Assembly: GCA_963844035.1 (NCBI GenBank)
Contig: CAWJMT010000009.1
Location: 81,798-145,797 of the forward strand
Length of the DNA: 64,000 bases
From: an uncultured Gemmatimonadales bacterium
GTDB taxonomy: Bacteria > Gemmatimonadota > Gemmatimonadetes > Gemmatimonadales > GWC2-71-9
Direction of reading: 5' to 3'
A program made the translations under genes and the position numbers. The notes beneath the pieces are model-generated. The model was not told the DNA's origin and made no database searches. It worked only from the letters and a program-made list of their open reading frames with translations. Positions 18,934 through 27,920 of this stretch are shown in pieces; positions within the stretch are counted from its first letter, which is position 1; every line of letters begins with the position of its first letter.

Positions 18934-20355
18934 GTGAGCGGATTCCCCGTTATCTCCGCGGCGAGCCAGGTGCTCGCCCATACGCCCGGCCTCGCACGCC
19001 ACGGGTCGAAGCCAAGCCGCGAGCTGCCGAAGGACGCGGCCGTCGAGCGCGCCTTCCTCGCGGCGCTGCGCGATTTCGAGCACGCGGTGAGTTACCCGGC
19101 CCATCAGGCGTATCTCGGCGCGATCCACCCGCGCGACCTGCCGCCCCGGCCCTGGGCGAATTGCCTGTCGAGCGCTGCCTCGCGCTTTACCCCTGACGGC
19201 GAGATCATGCCCGAAGAGGAGTTCCTGGGCCTGCTCGCCGCGATCGACGAGTTCAGCCTGCTGACGCTCGAGCCCGCCGTCGCCGACCGCGCGGGCGCCG
19301 CGTTGGCGCAGCACCCCCTCGGCTCGCGGCTCAAGCTCGGCCGGCTCGAGCAGGCGCGCGGGAACGGCGGCGACGCGGGGGCGTTGCCGTTGTTCGTCGG
19401 GACGCACCCCGCCGGCGCAATGAAGCGGGCACACGACACGGATGAGGCGCTGACCGCCGGCGTGCTGCTCGAGAACCTCTGCGGCAAGGGCACCGCCACC
19501 CTGGCGTTGCTGCGGCTGCTGCACGCCAATGACATCGACCCGGCCTCCATCGACTACGTCCTGGGATGCGGCGAAGAAGCGATCGGCGATCGCTACCAGC
19601 GGGGGGGCGGCAATCTCGCCAAGGCGGTCGCGGAGTCCGCTGGGTTGACCGAGGCCTCGGGCGCCGACATCAAGGACTTCTGCGCCGCGCCGGTGCCGGC
19701 GCTCGTGATCGCGGCGAGTCTCGTATCGGCGGGCGTCTTCCGGCGGGTCGCGGTCGTGGCCGGCGGCTCGCTCGCCAAGCTCGGTATGAAGTTTCAAGGC
19801 CACCTGGCCAAGGGCCTGCCGGTGCTGGAGGACGTCCTGGGTGGAGCCGCGGCGCTGGTCGAGGCGGACAACGGAGCATCGCCGGTCATTCGACTCGACG
19901 CCGTCGGGCGGCACCGCGTCGCGGCGGGAGGATCGAATCAGCAGATCATGGAGGCGCTCGCGATCGAGCCGCTGGCTCGCATCGGGTTGTCGCTGACCGC
20001 CGTCGACGACTTTGCGACGGAGCTCCACAACCCTGAGGTCACGGAGAGCGCGGGTTCGGGGAACGTGCCCGACCGGAACTATCGCACCATTGCCGCACTC
20101 GGGGTCCGCCGGGGCGACATCCCCCGCGACCAGATGGACGCCTTCGTTCGGGACCGGGGCATGACGGGGTTCTCGCCGACCCAGGGTCACCTGGCATCCG
20201 CGCTCTGTTATCTTCCCCACGCGCTGCGCCGCATCAAGAGCGGGGCGGCCGAGCGAGCCATGCTGATCGCCAAGGGCAGCCTGTTCCTGGGTCGCATGTG
20301 CCAGTTGTCGGACGGAATGTCGGTCATACTCGAACGCAATCCACGAGGAGCGTGA
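18934..20355 (+). CDS. grdC: Glycine/sarcosine/betaine reductase component C beta subunit (GrdC, FabH-like fold)
   Basis: VLAHTPGL.RHGSKP, AVSYPAHQAYLG, AHDTDEALTA..LLENL..K, DYVLGCGEEAIGDRYQRGGGNLAKA, DIKDFCAAP, AKLGMK, TELHNPEVT..GSGNVP..NY, GFSPTQGH, KGSLFLGRM..LSDGMS. Confidence 0.92.
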   Translation: MSGFPVISAASQVLAHTPGLARHGSKPSRELPKDAAVERAFLAALRDFEHAVSYPAHQAYLGAIHPRDLPPRPWANCLSSAASRFTPDGEIMPEEEFLGLLAAIDEFSLLTLEPAVADRAGAALAQHPLGSRLKLGRLEQARGNGGDAGALPLFVGTHPAGAMKRAHDTDEALTAGVLLENLCGKGTATLALLRLLHANDIDPASIDYVLGCGEEAIGDRYQRGGGNLAKAVAESAGLTEASGADIKDFCAAPVPALVIAASLVSAGVFRRVAVVAGGSLAKLGMKFQGHLAKGLPVLEDVLGGAAALVEADNGASPVIRLDAVGRHRVAAGGSNQQIMEALAIEPLARIGLSLTAVDDFATELHNPEVTESAGSGNVPDRNYRTIAALGVRRGDIPRDQMDAFVRDRGMTGFSPTQGHLASALCYLPHALRRIKSGAAERAMLIAKGSLFLGRMCQLSDGMSVILERNPRGA

Positions 20356-20358
20356 ACG

Positions 20359-20703
20359 GTGGCTGGTGCGCTTGCCGAGGCGACGAAGGAGAACTTTCGG
20401 GATGTGGTTGCGAGCGGATGGGTCCTCGTGGACGTGTGGGGACCCCAGTGCGCGCCCTGCATCGCGTTGATGCCCGACGTCGAAGCGCTGGCGCAGGCGC
20501 GGCACGACGTGACATTCGTCAAGCTCGACAGCACGCAGGCCCGGCGGCTGTGCATGGAGCTGCGCGTGATGGGCTTGCCGGCCTTCCTGCTGTTTCAGGA
20601 CGGCCAGGAAGTGGGGCGTATCGGCGGACAGGATATCAATGCGGCGCGGTTGACGACGTGGCTGGATGAAACCCTCACGGCGAATCGAAAGGAGGGGAAC
20701 TAG
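20359..20703 (+). CDS. trxA: Thioredoxin (Grd-associated type)
   Basis: VDVWGPQCAPC, ARRLCMELRVMGLPAFLLF; lies inside the grd operon. Confidence 0.88.
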   Translation: MAGALAEATKENFRDVVASGWVLVDVWGPQCAPCIALMPDVEALAQARHDVTFVKLDSTQARRLCMELRVMGLPAFLLFQDGQEVGRIGGQDINAARLTTWLDETLTANRKEGN

Positions 20704-20707
20704 CGGC

Positions 20708-21172
20708 ATGCTCAAAGAACGACTGGTCATCGCCCTGGGAGAGCGGGACGGGCTCTCGGGTCCGGCGATCGCTGCGTGCGTGACGGCGGCGGGCGGAACC
20801 GTCGCGTTTGTCGCGACGGAGTGCTTCGTCTGAACGGCGTCGGGCGCCATGGACGTGCAGAGCCAGGACGCGATTAAGCGCCTGGCGGATCAGCACGGCA
20901 AAGACAAGCTGCTGGTTGTCCTCGGTTCACCAGATGCGGAAAGCGCCGAGATCGCAGCCGAAACTGTCGTGCTGGGAGATCCCTCGTATGCAGGTCCTCT
21001 GGCGGGAGCCCAGTTGGGGCTTATGGTGCATCACATGCTGGACCCGGAAATCCGCGCGCAGGTGCCGGCGGATGTCTGGGAGGAACAGATCGGAGTGATG
21101 GCCGACGTCTTGAACGCCGGGGCGTTGACTGCTGCCGTCGCAGCGATGCGGGCACGGGGGGCGGGCGCGTAG
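20708..21172 (+). CDS. grdA: Glycine/sarcosine/betaine reductase selenoprotein A (Sec at TGA 20831-20833)
   Basis: Manual translation MLKERLVIALGERDGLSGPAIAAC..TECFV-U-TASGAMD..Q..IKRL..VVLG..AEIAAETV..GDPSYAGPLAG..LGL..H; CxxU motif in frame with ORF 20849..21172. Confidence 0.93.
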
Positions 21173-21330
21173 ACACACTACGGCGCCCGCCGTTCGTGTC
21201 ACGGGGTCAGATCGACCGAATCGCCGACTGTGTATCACCCATGCTGTCCCTGAGCGCATCCGTCACCAGCGAGTCCGCCACGTTGTCCGTCATCTGTCCG
21301 CTACACTGTCTTCCACCGGAAGCACGACGT

Positions 21331-22128
21331 TCAGAGAATCGAGCGCGAGCGCGGGTTCAAGGGCACGATCGGCGTGGTGTCACTCTCCTCCACCTCCCGC
21401 GGCACGAGGACATCCACGCCGTGATAGCGGGCGAGGATCAGGGCGCGCCTGGCCAGCATCCGATCGGACTGGTAGCGGGGATTGGAGCTGCGTGGATGCG
21501 GCAACGTTGCGACGAGTGCGGCGGCCGCGCCCTCGCCGAGCCGGGACGGGGGCACGCCGAAGTAGCTCCGGCTCGCCGCCTGAACCCCCCAGATACCCGG
21601 GCCCCACTCCGCCACGTTCAGATAGAGCTCAAGGATTCGCGCCTTGGGGAGCGCCAGCTCGAGCCGGAACGCAGTCACCGCCTCCTTCACCTTGCGTAGC
21701 AGGCTCCGTGACGGCGAGAGGTAGAGATTCTTGGCGAGCTGTTGGGTGATGGTGCTCGCTCCCCGCATCCGGTCGCGCCGTCGCCACACCGTCCGCGCAA
21801 CGCTCCAGACGCCCCGGCCCTGCTCGATCCCCAACGCGTCCGCCATTTCCGCCGGGTCGAATCCGTGGTGCGTCCAGAAGCGTGAGTCTTCCCCGATAAC
21901 GACCATGCGTTGGAGCGCGGGGGAGATCTCGGCAAGGGGAGTTGGACGTACCCTGCCCGCCTGCCCGCCCACCCGCCTTCCCGCCGCCTCTCTCATCATC
22001 GCCGTCTCGCGCGGCCAATGATCGCGCCACCAAATCGGCGGCGGCCAGACGCCGAACAGCCACACGACGCACAGTGCGCCTATCCCTAGCGCCATCCGGC
22101 GCGCCTTCCTAGGTTTTCCGTCCGCCAT
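21331..22128 (-). CDS. mtgA: Monofunctional biosynthetic peptidoglycan transglycosylase (C-terminus may extend to about 21207 via indels; start 22128 or 22095)
   Basis: GEDSRFWTHHGFD, RGASTITQQLAKNLYL, RKVKE, KARILELYLNVAEWG..WGVQAAS..YFG, LP.P. Confidence 0.9.
   Translation of the reverse strand: MADGKPRKARRMALGIGALCVVWLFGVWPPPIWWRDHWPRETAMMREAAGRRVGGQAGRVRPTPLAEISPALQRMVVIGEDSRFWTHHGFDPAEMADALGIEQGRGVWSVARTVWRRRDRMRGASTITQQLAKNLYLSPSRSLLRKVKEAVTAFRLELALPKARILELYLNVAEWGPGIWGVQAASRSYFGVPPSRLGEGAAAALVATLPHPRSSNPRYQSDRMLARRALILARYHGVDVLVPREVEESDTTPIVPLNPRSRSIL
21953..21984. repeat. Intragenic tandem 8-mer array in mtgA
   Basis: CTGCCCGC CTGCCCGC CCACCCGC CTTCCCGC, encoding AGRRVGGQAGR. Confidence 0.65.
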
Positions 22129-23545
22129 GTCGCTGGATCTTCCCCGCCTCCGCGCCCGCCTGCAAGAGGCCCTCGGAGACCAATTTAAAGTCGGTGCGCT
22201 GCTCGGCGAAGGTGGATTCGCCGCAGTATTCCGCGTGCGCGACAAAGCCATGCGCCGCGAGGTCGCGGTGAAAGTGCTCGATCTCGGTCTGACGCCGTCA
22301 CCCGAGCTCGCGGAGCGGTTCGTGCGCGAGGCACGCACCGTGGCGAAGCTCGAGCACCAGCACATCGTACCCATCTACAAGGTGGGCGGCTACCAGAACG
22401 AGGTGCTGTACATCGTCATGCCGTGCGTCGACGGGCCGTCGCTGCGGCAGCTGCTCGACAAGCGCGGTCGCATGCCGATCGCCAAGGCGGTGACCATCGC
22501 CCGCCAGGCCGGCGCAGCGCTGGGGTACGCCCACCAGCAGGGCGTGGTGCATCGGGACGTCAAGCCGGACAACATCCTGCTCGACGGCGGCAGCGAGGTG
22601 CGGGTCACGGATTTCGGCATCGCGAAGGCCGCGGAAGCCGCATCCGGAGCGAACCTCACGACCGAAGGAATGGTCGTCGGCACGCCGCAGTACATGAGCC
22701 CCGAGCAAGCCACCGGGGACAAGATCGGGACCCGCTCGGACATCTACTCGCTCGGGATCGTGCTCTACGAAATGTTGGCGGGGAAGGTGCCGTTCGAAGG
22801 CGACTCAGTGCAGTCGATCCTGATGAAGCAAGCGACTGCCGACCCGGCGCCGATCCGCGAAATCCGCAGCGAAGTCCCGCCGGAGCTCGCCGCGGTGCTC
22901 GACCGGATGCTCTGCAAAGCCCCTGGTGAACGGTTCGGCACGCTTGCCGAGCTCGACGCGGCGCTGGTCGCGGCCGTACCGGCCGCGGCACGCAAGCGGA
23001 AGACCGGGCAGGCGGGCACGGTCACGGGGGCGGCGTCGTCTGTCGCCGCGGCCGGGGTCGCGGCCGCCCTCGGCGTCGGCGCGCTGGTGGCCGGAGGCAT
23101 GCTGGTGAGCTGGGTCGCGCTCGACCGCCCGCCGAGAGTGCTGATCACGCAGCCGGTCTCAGACAGCGTCAACACCTCGCTGCGGCGCCGCGGCATCCTG
23201 GCGGTGAACGACACCGCCGTGTTCGCGTTCAGTCCAGCTGGCAGGGAGGAGCTGACGCTGTTCATCATCGCCCGGCGGCGGGTGGTGGTGGCGGAGCCCC
23301 ATCGGTTGCGCGGGTACGCTCGGGACAGTGTCGCGTACACCTTCGTGCCCGGCTGGCGCGCCGGCCCGCGCTTCTTTTTCTTGTTGCTTCCCGCGCGGGC
23401 GCGGCCCGACACGGTGTTTGCGACGCTGTCACCGCGCGGGCTGTGGGCGATCGGGCGCGGCGTTGACGGTCTGCTCCCCGGCGGAATCCGGTTGCGGCCC
23501 CGCCCCGGCGCTCAGCGCCCGGCGGTGCGGGAGATCAGTCCGTAG
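22127..23545 (+). CDS. Hanks-type Ser/Thr protein kinase with a transmembrane segment
   Basis: LGEGGFAAV, VAVK, HRDVKPDNIL, DFG, GTPQYMSPEQ, SDIYSLG; hydrophobic segment after the kinase domain. Confidence 0.92.
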   Translation: MSLDLPRLRARLQEALGDQFKVGALLGEGGFAAVFRVRDKAMRREVAVKVLDLGLTPSPELAERFVREARTVAKLEHQHIVPIYKVGGYQNEVLYIVMPCVDGPSLRQLLDKRGRMPIAKAVTIARQAGAALGYAHQQGVVHRDVKPDNILLDGGSEVRVTDFGIAKAAEAASGANLTTEGMVVGTPQYMSPEQATGDKIGTRSDIYSLGIVLYEMLAGKVPFEGDSVQSILMKQATADPAPIREIRSEVPPELAAVLDRMLCKAPGERFGTLAELDAALVAAVPAAARKRKTGQAGTVTGAASSVAAAGVAAALGVGALVAGGMLVSWVALDRPPRVLITQPVSDSVNTSLRRRGILAVNDTAVFAFSPAGREELTLFIIARRRVVVAEPHRLRGYARDSVAYTFVPGWRAGPRFFFLLLPARARPDTVFATLSPRGLWAIGRGVDGLLPGGIRLRPRPGAQRPAVREISP

Positions 23546-24279
23546 AGGTTGGCTTGGTCCACGCGATTGGTGTTCTGGGGAATGCCGACCGTGGACCCGA
23601 CTCGCTCGCGGCCGCCGATCGAAATGCCGAACACCCAGGCGGTGCGGTGGAATGACGGGTCCGCATCGAGCCGTGCCAGCAAGGCCACCGCGAAGCGGCC
23701 ACCGGTCGCGACCCGTGCATCGAGTGCGTACCCGACCACCGAATCCTTGGTGAAGCGCCCCTCGGAGGAGATCGTGAGGAGCGGTCCGAACGGTTGCAAC
23801 GCGATGCTCGGGACGACGGTGGCGAGCTGAACCTCACCGCGGACCACGGGCTGCATCACGTTCGTAACGACGGTCGCGAGCGACACCCACCGCATGGGTT
23901 CGTACCCCACGCCGAAATCCCACCCTGTGCCTTTGGTGTCACCGCGATACATCGAAGCCGCGAGCCCGGCGGAGAGCCCCTTGCGGGCGGCTCCCAGCCC
24001 GAAGCGATACGTGTGACCGGTTACGCCGCCCTCGAACATGTCCCGCTGATACCCGAACGACAGCCCGCGTGAGTTGAACCCGAGCGTGAGCTGACGCAGC
24101 TGAATGTCGCTCCCCGGGTCTTCGACCGTCAGGTCCGCGTGGATCGATGCCTCATGTTCCTTGCCCAGGCCCGCCGGGTTGACCCACAGGGCGCGCGCGT
24201 CGCTCACGGTGGCGGGGGACAGGTACGCGAGGGTCCGGTTGGGGGAAACCTGGGCGTCGACGGGGCGCGCGACGCTCAC
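23512..24279 (-). CDS. Hypothetical exported protein, probable beta-barrel (start probably slightly upstream)
   Basis: In-frame signal-peptide-like IVALAIVALLVSVA..AQ; DARALWVNPAGL; alternating aromatic/Gly beta-strand pattern. Confidence 0.6.
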   Translation of the reverse strand: MSVARPVDAQVSPNRTLAYLSPATVSDARALWVNPAGLGKEHEASIHADLTVEDPGSDIQLRQLTLGFNSRGLSFGYQRDMFEGGVTGHTYRFGLGAARKGLSAGLAASMYRGDTKGTGWDFGVGYEPMRWVSLATVVTNVMQPVVRGEVQLATVVPSIALQPFGPLLTISSEGRFTKDSVVGYALDARVATGGRFAVALLARLDADPSFHRTAWVFGISIGGRERVGSTVGIPQNTNRVDQANLYGLISRTAGR

Positions 24280-24323
24280 GAGGAGCGCGACGATCGCGAG
24301 TGCGACGATGCAGCGCGGCGCGA

Positions 24324-25242
24324 TTACGGGCGCACCGAAACGGAGGACTGAAGCACCTGCGTGCGGGGAATCGTGAGACCCTGGGCAGGGAGTGAGACGG
24401 TGAGACTTGTCGAGTCGCGCGATTCACCGCCCAGGTACCGGCCGTCCTCCGCGATGAACGCCCGCGCCGTGGTCGTGCCGGTGCCGTTGAACTCGAACAC
24501 TTGCCCGCCATTTTCGCTCGAGCCCACCAGGCTGTAGGTCGCGGTGCTTTCGATTCGCAGGCTCCGGGTCCCGCCATGGACTTCCCACGCGCCCGTTGTC
24601 GAGTGCGTGGTGGTGCGCCGGGTGACCGAGCCGCCATTGGCCCGCTGCGTGACCGCTGCGGTATCGGTCCACGTCGCTCCCACGCTCACGCCTTCCAGGG
24701 GAACACGCGGGAGGAAGTCCCGGAACGTTCCCGCCAGCTGGGCGATGTTCTGCGCGCTCACACTGTCGGAGGTGGTCGTAGCCTGAAAATCACCGCGCGG
24801 CGCGAGCCGGCCCGCGAGGATCAGCGCGCGGACGCGGGCCATGTTACCGGCGATCGGTTGCAGGGTCCCGGAATCGGACAGCACCGAGTCAACCGTAATG
24901 GTCGTCGGGTAGCCGTTCGCGTCCGCCGGACCGGTGATCACAACGCCCACGAACAGGCGGGCACCAAGATCCTGGGGGTGTTGCTGCCCGCCGATCAACT
25001 GGTCGACGTGCAGCTTGCGGTCCACCACATACCGCATGGCGCTCGGTCCGTATCGGATTGCGCCGTGGGCCGGTGGCCGCACTGGGGTTGTGATCGGTGG
25101 TGGTGTGGGGGGAGGCGGTGGCGGGGCCGGCGCTGCGGCCGGAGGTTGCGGTGCCGGGGCGTCGGCGGCGGGCGGGGCGCCGGACCCTCGCGACGCAACT
25201 GGCCAGCACCAGGACCGCGGCCGCGCGGCTCCAGGCGGTCAT
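24324..25242 (-). CDS. Hypothetical lipoprotein with Pro/Thr-rich linker; apparent frameshift(s) near 25100-25190
   Basis: MTAWSRAAAVLVLASC lipobox at ATG 25242; C-terminal globular part in ORF 24324..25082. Confidence 0.6.
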
Positions 25243-25487
25243 GAGTGCGGCTCGGACGCAGGCGTTGTGGCGCGGTCGGACTTGGTGCGCCCGAACACCG
25301 CGATCAATTCCGGGCCATCGCTCGAAACCCGCAGCAGCTTCCAACCGCGTTTCCCCATGTCGGCACGCCACCCGATGAGCTTTTCCCATTCCTCGCTCGT
25401 GGTGCGGAAAACGCGTAAGTCGGCTACGGTTTCCCACTGGGGTGGGTACGGCTTCGGCGTCGGGGACGAAGGTGGGGGCAGGGCCAT
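25239..25487 (-). CDS. Small hypothetical protein downstream of rnpB
   Basis: 82-aa ORF with protein-like composition (WETVADLRVFRT..WEKLIGW..GWKLLRV); stop overlaps the next ATG. Confidence 0.6.
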   Translation of the reverse strand: MALPPPSSPTPKPYPPQWETVADLRVFRTTSEEWEKLIGWRADMGKRGWKLLRVSSDGPELIAVFGRTKSDRATTPASEPHS

Positions 25488-25846
25488 AAGCCGAGTTCTG
25501 TTTGTCCACCCGAAAGCGGACAGATGGTCATCTCTCTGGGATGGCTGTCGCCAGCCACCTCGACGCGGCCTACCCGCAGCTCAAGCGACCCGGGTCGAGT
25601 CTCGCTGCTTATTTGGCCTTGCTCCGACTGGGGGTTACCGTGCCACGCCTGTTGCCAGGCGCGCGGTGGGCTCTTACCCCACCGTTTCACCCTTACCCCT
25701 GCATCAGGGGCGGTTTGTTTTCTGTGGCCCTGTCCGTCGCCTTGCGGCGCCCAGGCGTTACCTGGCAGTCTACCCTTTGGAGCTCGGACTTTCCTCAGCG
25801 CACCATGCCTGCCGGCGCACCGCGACCATCGCGCCCTACCACCACC
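25471..25846 (-). ncRNA. rnpB: Ribonuclease P RNA (bacterial type A)
   Basis: Minus strand has GAGGAAAGTCCGAGCTCC, GGGTGAAACGGTGGGGTAAGAGCCCACC, GGTAACCCC..CGGAGCAAGGCCAAATA, AGAGAGATGACC and ACAGAACTCGGCTTAT; terminal P1 pairing GGTGGTGGTAGGGC / GCCCTGCCCCCACC. Confidence 0.97.
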
Positions 25847-25892
25847 AGCGAACAAACTTACCGGCGTCAGGACGCGCGATGCAAGGCTCGCG

Positions 25893-27920
25893 CTACCGCG
25901 CCAGGCGCCGCAGCACGAGCGCGAGGCTGTCGCTCCCGCTCCGCCCCCGCCCTTTCGCGGATCGCGCGCGGACCGACGTTCCCTCACTCGAAGACAGCCA
26001 GAAGCCGTCATTCTCGCCGAAGGCTAGGCGTTTCAGCCCTGCCAGGCTGCCGGAACGGACCAGCGTGAGCGGCAACTCGACGGCGTGGACCGCGTAGAGA
26101 CCGCGCGCCCGGTAGGCGTTGAGTACCGTGCGGATCTCCGCTTCCGGCGTAAACAGCAGTGCGGGGCGGTCGGGAAGCGAGAATCCACGAAACAGTCCCA
26201 ATGTGAACCAGTCCGCCGGAGCCTGCTGAAGGCGGAACGCGAAATAGAGGCTGCCGCTCTCCCGCAGCGCTCGATCTCGCAGCCCGCGCGCGCGCTCCGC
26301 CACCAGGTCTTCGAGCGCTCCAAGGTACGCGGCGAGCAGGCCCGCCTCGCGCAGCGTGCGGTAACGGTTCGGAGCCGCCACCGTGTCGAGCGTGCCCCGT
26401 TGCCCGATGCGCCTCAGGCCCTGGCGCCAGGCCGCGTCGCAAAACTCCTGGCCCATGGAGTATCCGCTCCAGCCACCTTTGCGGGATCCGCTGAGATCGA
26501 GAGCCAGTGCCGGGACGAGCTGGCGCGTCTGGTTGGCGAGCCGTGCGAGCGCCATGAAGGCGGGCGCGATCCCGGCGTCCCAGAGGGTTGAGTCGAGCGC
26601 GCACGGCATGCCGATGGCCTCGCCGCGCGACCCGCGCGACGAATCGCTCCACGCACCGGGTGGCCGATAGGCCGCATAGTCGAACGCCGGGATCCAGGCC
26701 ACGCTGGTGGGCTGTAGTTGACTCACGACCCCTTTCCAGGCGCGGCGGACCGCGTCTCGGTCGGCCCACAGGTGATGCAACGAGTCGACCACCGTCTCGG
26801 GGCGGGCATCGCCCGCCAGCAGATTCAGGCCGGCGGCATCGAGGGAACCGACCAGCGAGTCGAGCGACGCGGCGGACCTCGGCACCTCGTGCCCCTGCTC
26901 CAAAACAAGGAGTGGCGTCCAGAGCGTCCGAATCCCGACCTGACGGATCCAGCTCGGGACCTCGGGCGCGCGTCCCGCCTGTGAGCTGGTGGGTGGCTCG
27001 AGCGGCACGGTGGTGGCGCCCGGCGGGGCGGTTTTGGGGGCGGGCTGCAGATCCACCGGCACGGGCGCACCCACCAGGGTCAGCGGCTGGCGCTGGTCTC
27101 CCGGCGGGACGTGAGCCCACTCCGCCGGCCGGCGCGTCCAGCGCGCCAACGCGGTGAGGAAGTCCTTCGTGTCGCTCAACGCTCCCAGCTGGAGCAGCGG
27201 CATGGTGGTCGCGCGATTTTGTGGACCGAGCGCACCCAGGGCGTGCCGGCTGATCACGACGACCAACCCGTCACCGAGACGGCTGGCGGCAACAACGGGC
27301 GAACCGAGGCGGACTGGGGCATCCTTGGCGCCGCGTGCCGGTGGACCGAGGCTCGAGACGGCCACCACCTGTGCCGTTCGCTTGACGCTCAGCGGATGGT
27401 TGCGATCCAGCGGGAACGGCTCGTACGATGCCCCGAGCGGGTCGCTCCCAACCGGTCGGCCCACCGCCCACGGCTGAGCGCGAGCGAACAGCACCCGGGC
27501 GGCGGAGTCCTGCAGCGCTCGATCGCCGATGGCGATACCACTTCCCTGCGCCGCCAGCCATTGGTTCGCCGTCCAGCGATCGAGCGACCCTTCACCGTCG
27601 CCGGCGTAGGCCAGGACCGCGACCCGGCCACCCCTCACCCAATCACCCAGCGTGCCCAGGTCGCCGGCCGTGAGCGCGTCCGAGGGAACCTCGGGCCCAC
27701 GTCCGAGGAGCAGCAGCAACACGTGGTAGCGCCGCAGATCGGCCTTGGTCAAGTGAGGATAGAACCGGCGGTACTCCACCGCGTATCCGGCGGCGCGCCA
27801 TGGCCCCGCGGTCCCCTCAAGCAACGCGGGATCCGTGAGGGCGAGGTCCAACACCAGCGCGCGGCGACCCGACGACTGGCAGGCGGCGAGCAGCACCAGC
27901 AACAGCAGGGCGCGCGGCAT
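25893..27920 (-). CDS. Large hypothetical lipoprotein
   Basis: MPRALLLLVLLAAC lipobox at 27920, overlapping the kinase stop; about 675 aa open frame. Confidence 0.7.
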   Translation of the reverse strand: MPRALLLLVLLAACQSSGRRALVLDLALTDPALLEGTAGPWRAAGYAVEYRRFYPHLTKADLRRYHVLLLLLGRGPEVPSDALTAGDLGTLGDWVRGGRVAVLAYAGDGEGSLDRWTANQWLAAQGSGIAIGDRALQDSAARVLFARAQPWAVGRPVGSDPLGASYEPFPLDRNHPLSVKRTAQVVAVSSLGPPARGAKDAPVRLGSPVVAASRLGDGLVVVISRHALGALGPQNRATTMPLLQLGALSDTKDFLTALARWTRRPAEWAHVPPGDQRQPLTLVGAPVPVDLQPAPKTAPPGATTVPLEPPTSSQAGRAPEVPSWIRQVGIRTLWTPLLVLEQGHEVPRSAASLDSLVGSLDAAGLNLLAGDARPETVVDSLHHLWADRDAVRRAWKGVVSQLQPTSVAWIPAFDYAAYRPPGAWSDSSRGSRGEAIGMPCALDSTLWDAGIAPAFMALARLANQTRQLVPALALDLSGSRKGGWSGYSMGQEFCDAAWRQGLRRIGQRGTLDTVAAPNRYRTLREAGLLAAYLGALEDLVAERARGLRDRALRESGSLYFAFRLQQAPADWFTLGLFRGFSLPDRPALLFTPEAEIRTVLNAYRARGLYAVHAVELPLTLVRSGSLAGLKRLAFGENDGFWLSSSEGTSVRARSAKGRGRSGSDSLALVLRRLAR

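Noticed and set aside
18675..20833. TGA codons in grdB and grdA as nonsense mutations
   Set aside because: Both fall exactly at the known selenocysteine positions with conserved in-frame sequence downstream.
25424..26097. Several overlapping ORFs across the rnpB region
   Set aside because: They are shadow frames of the RNase P RNA gene.
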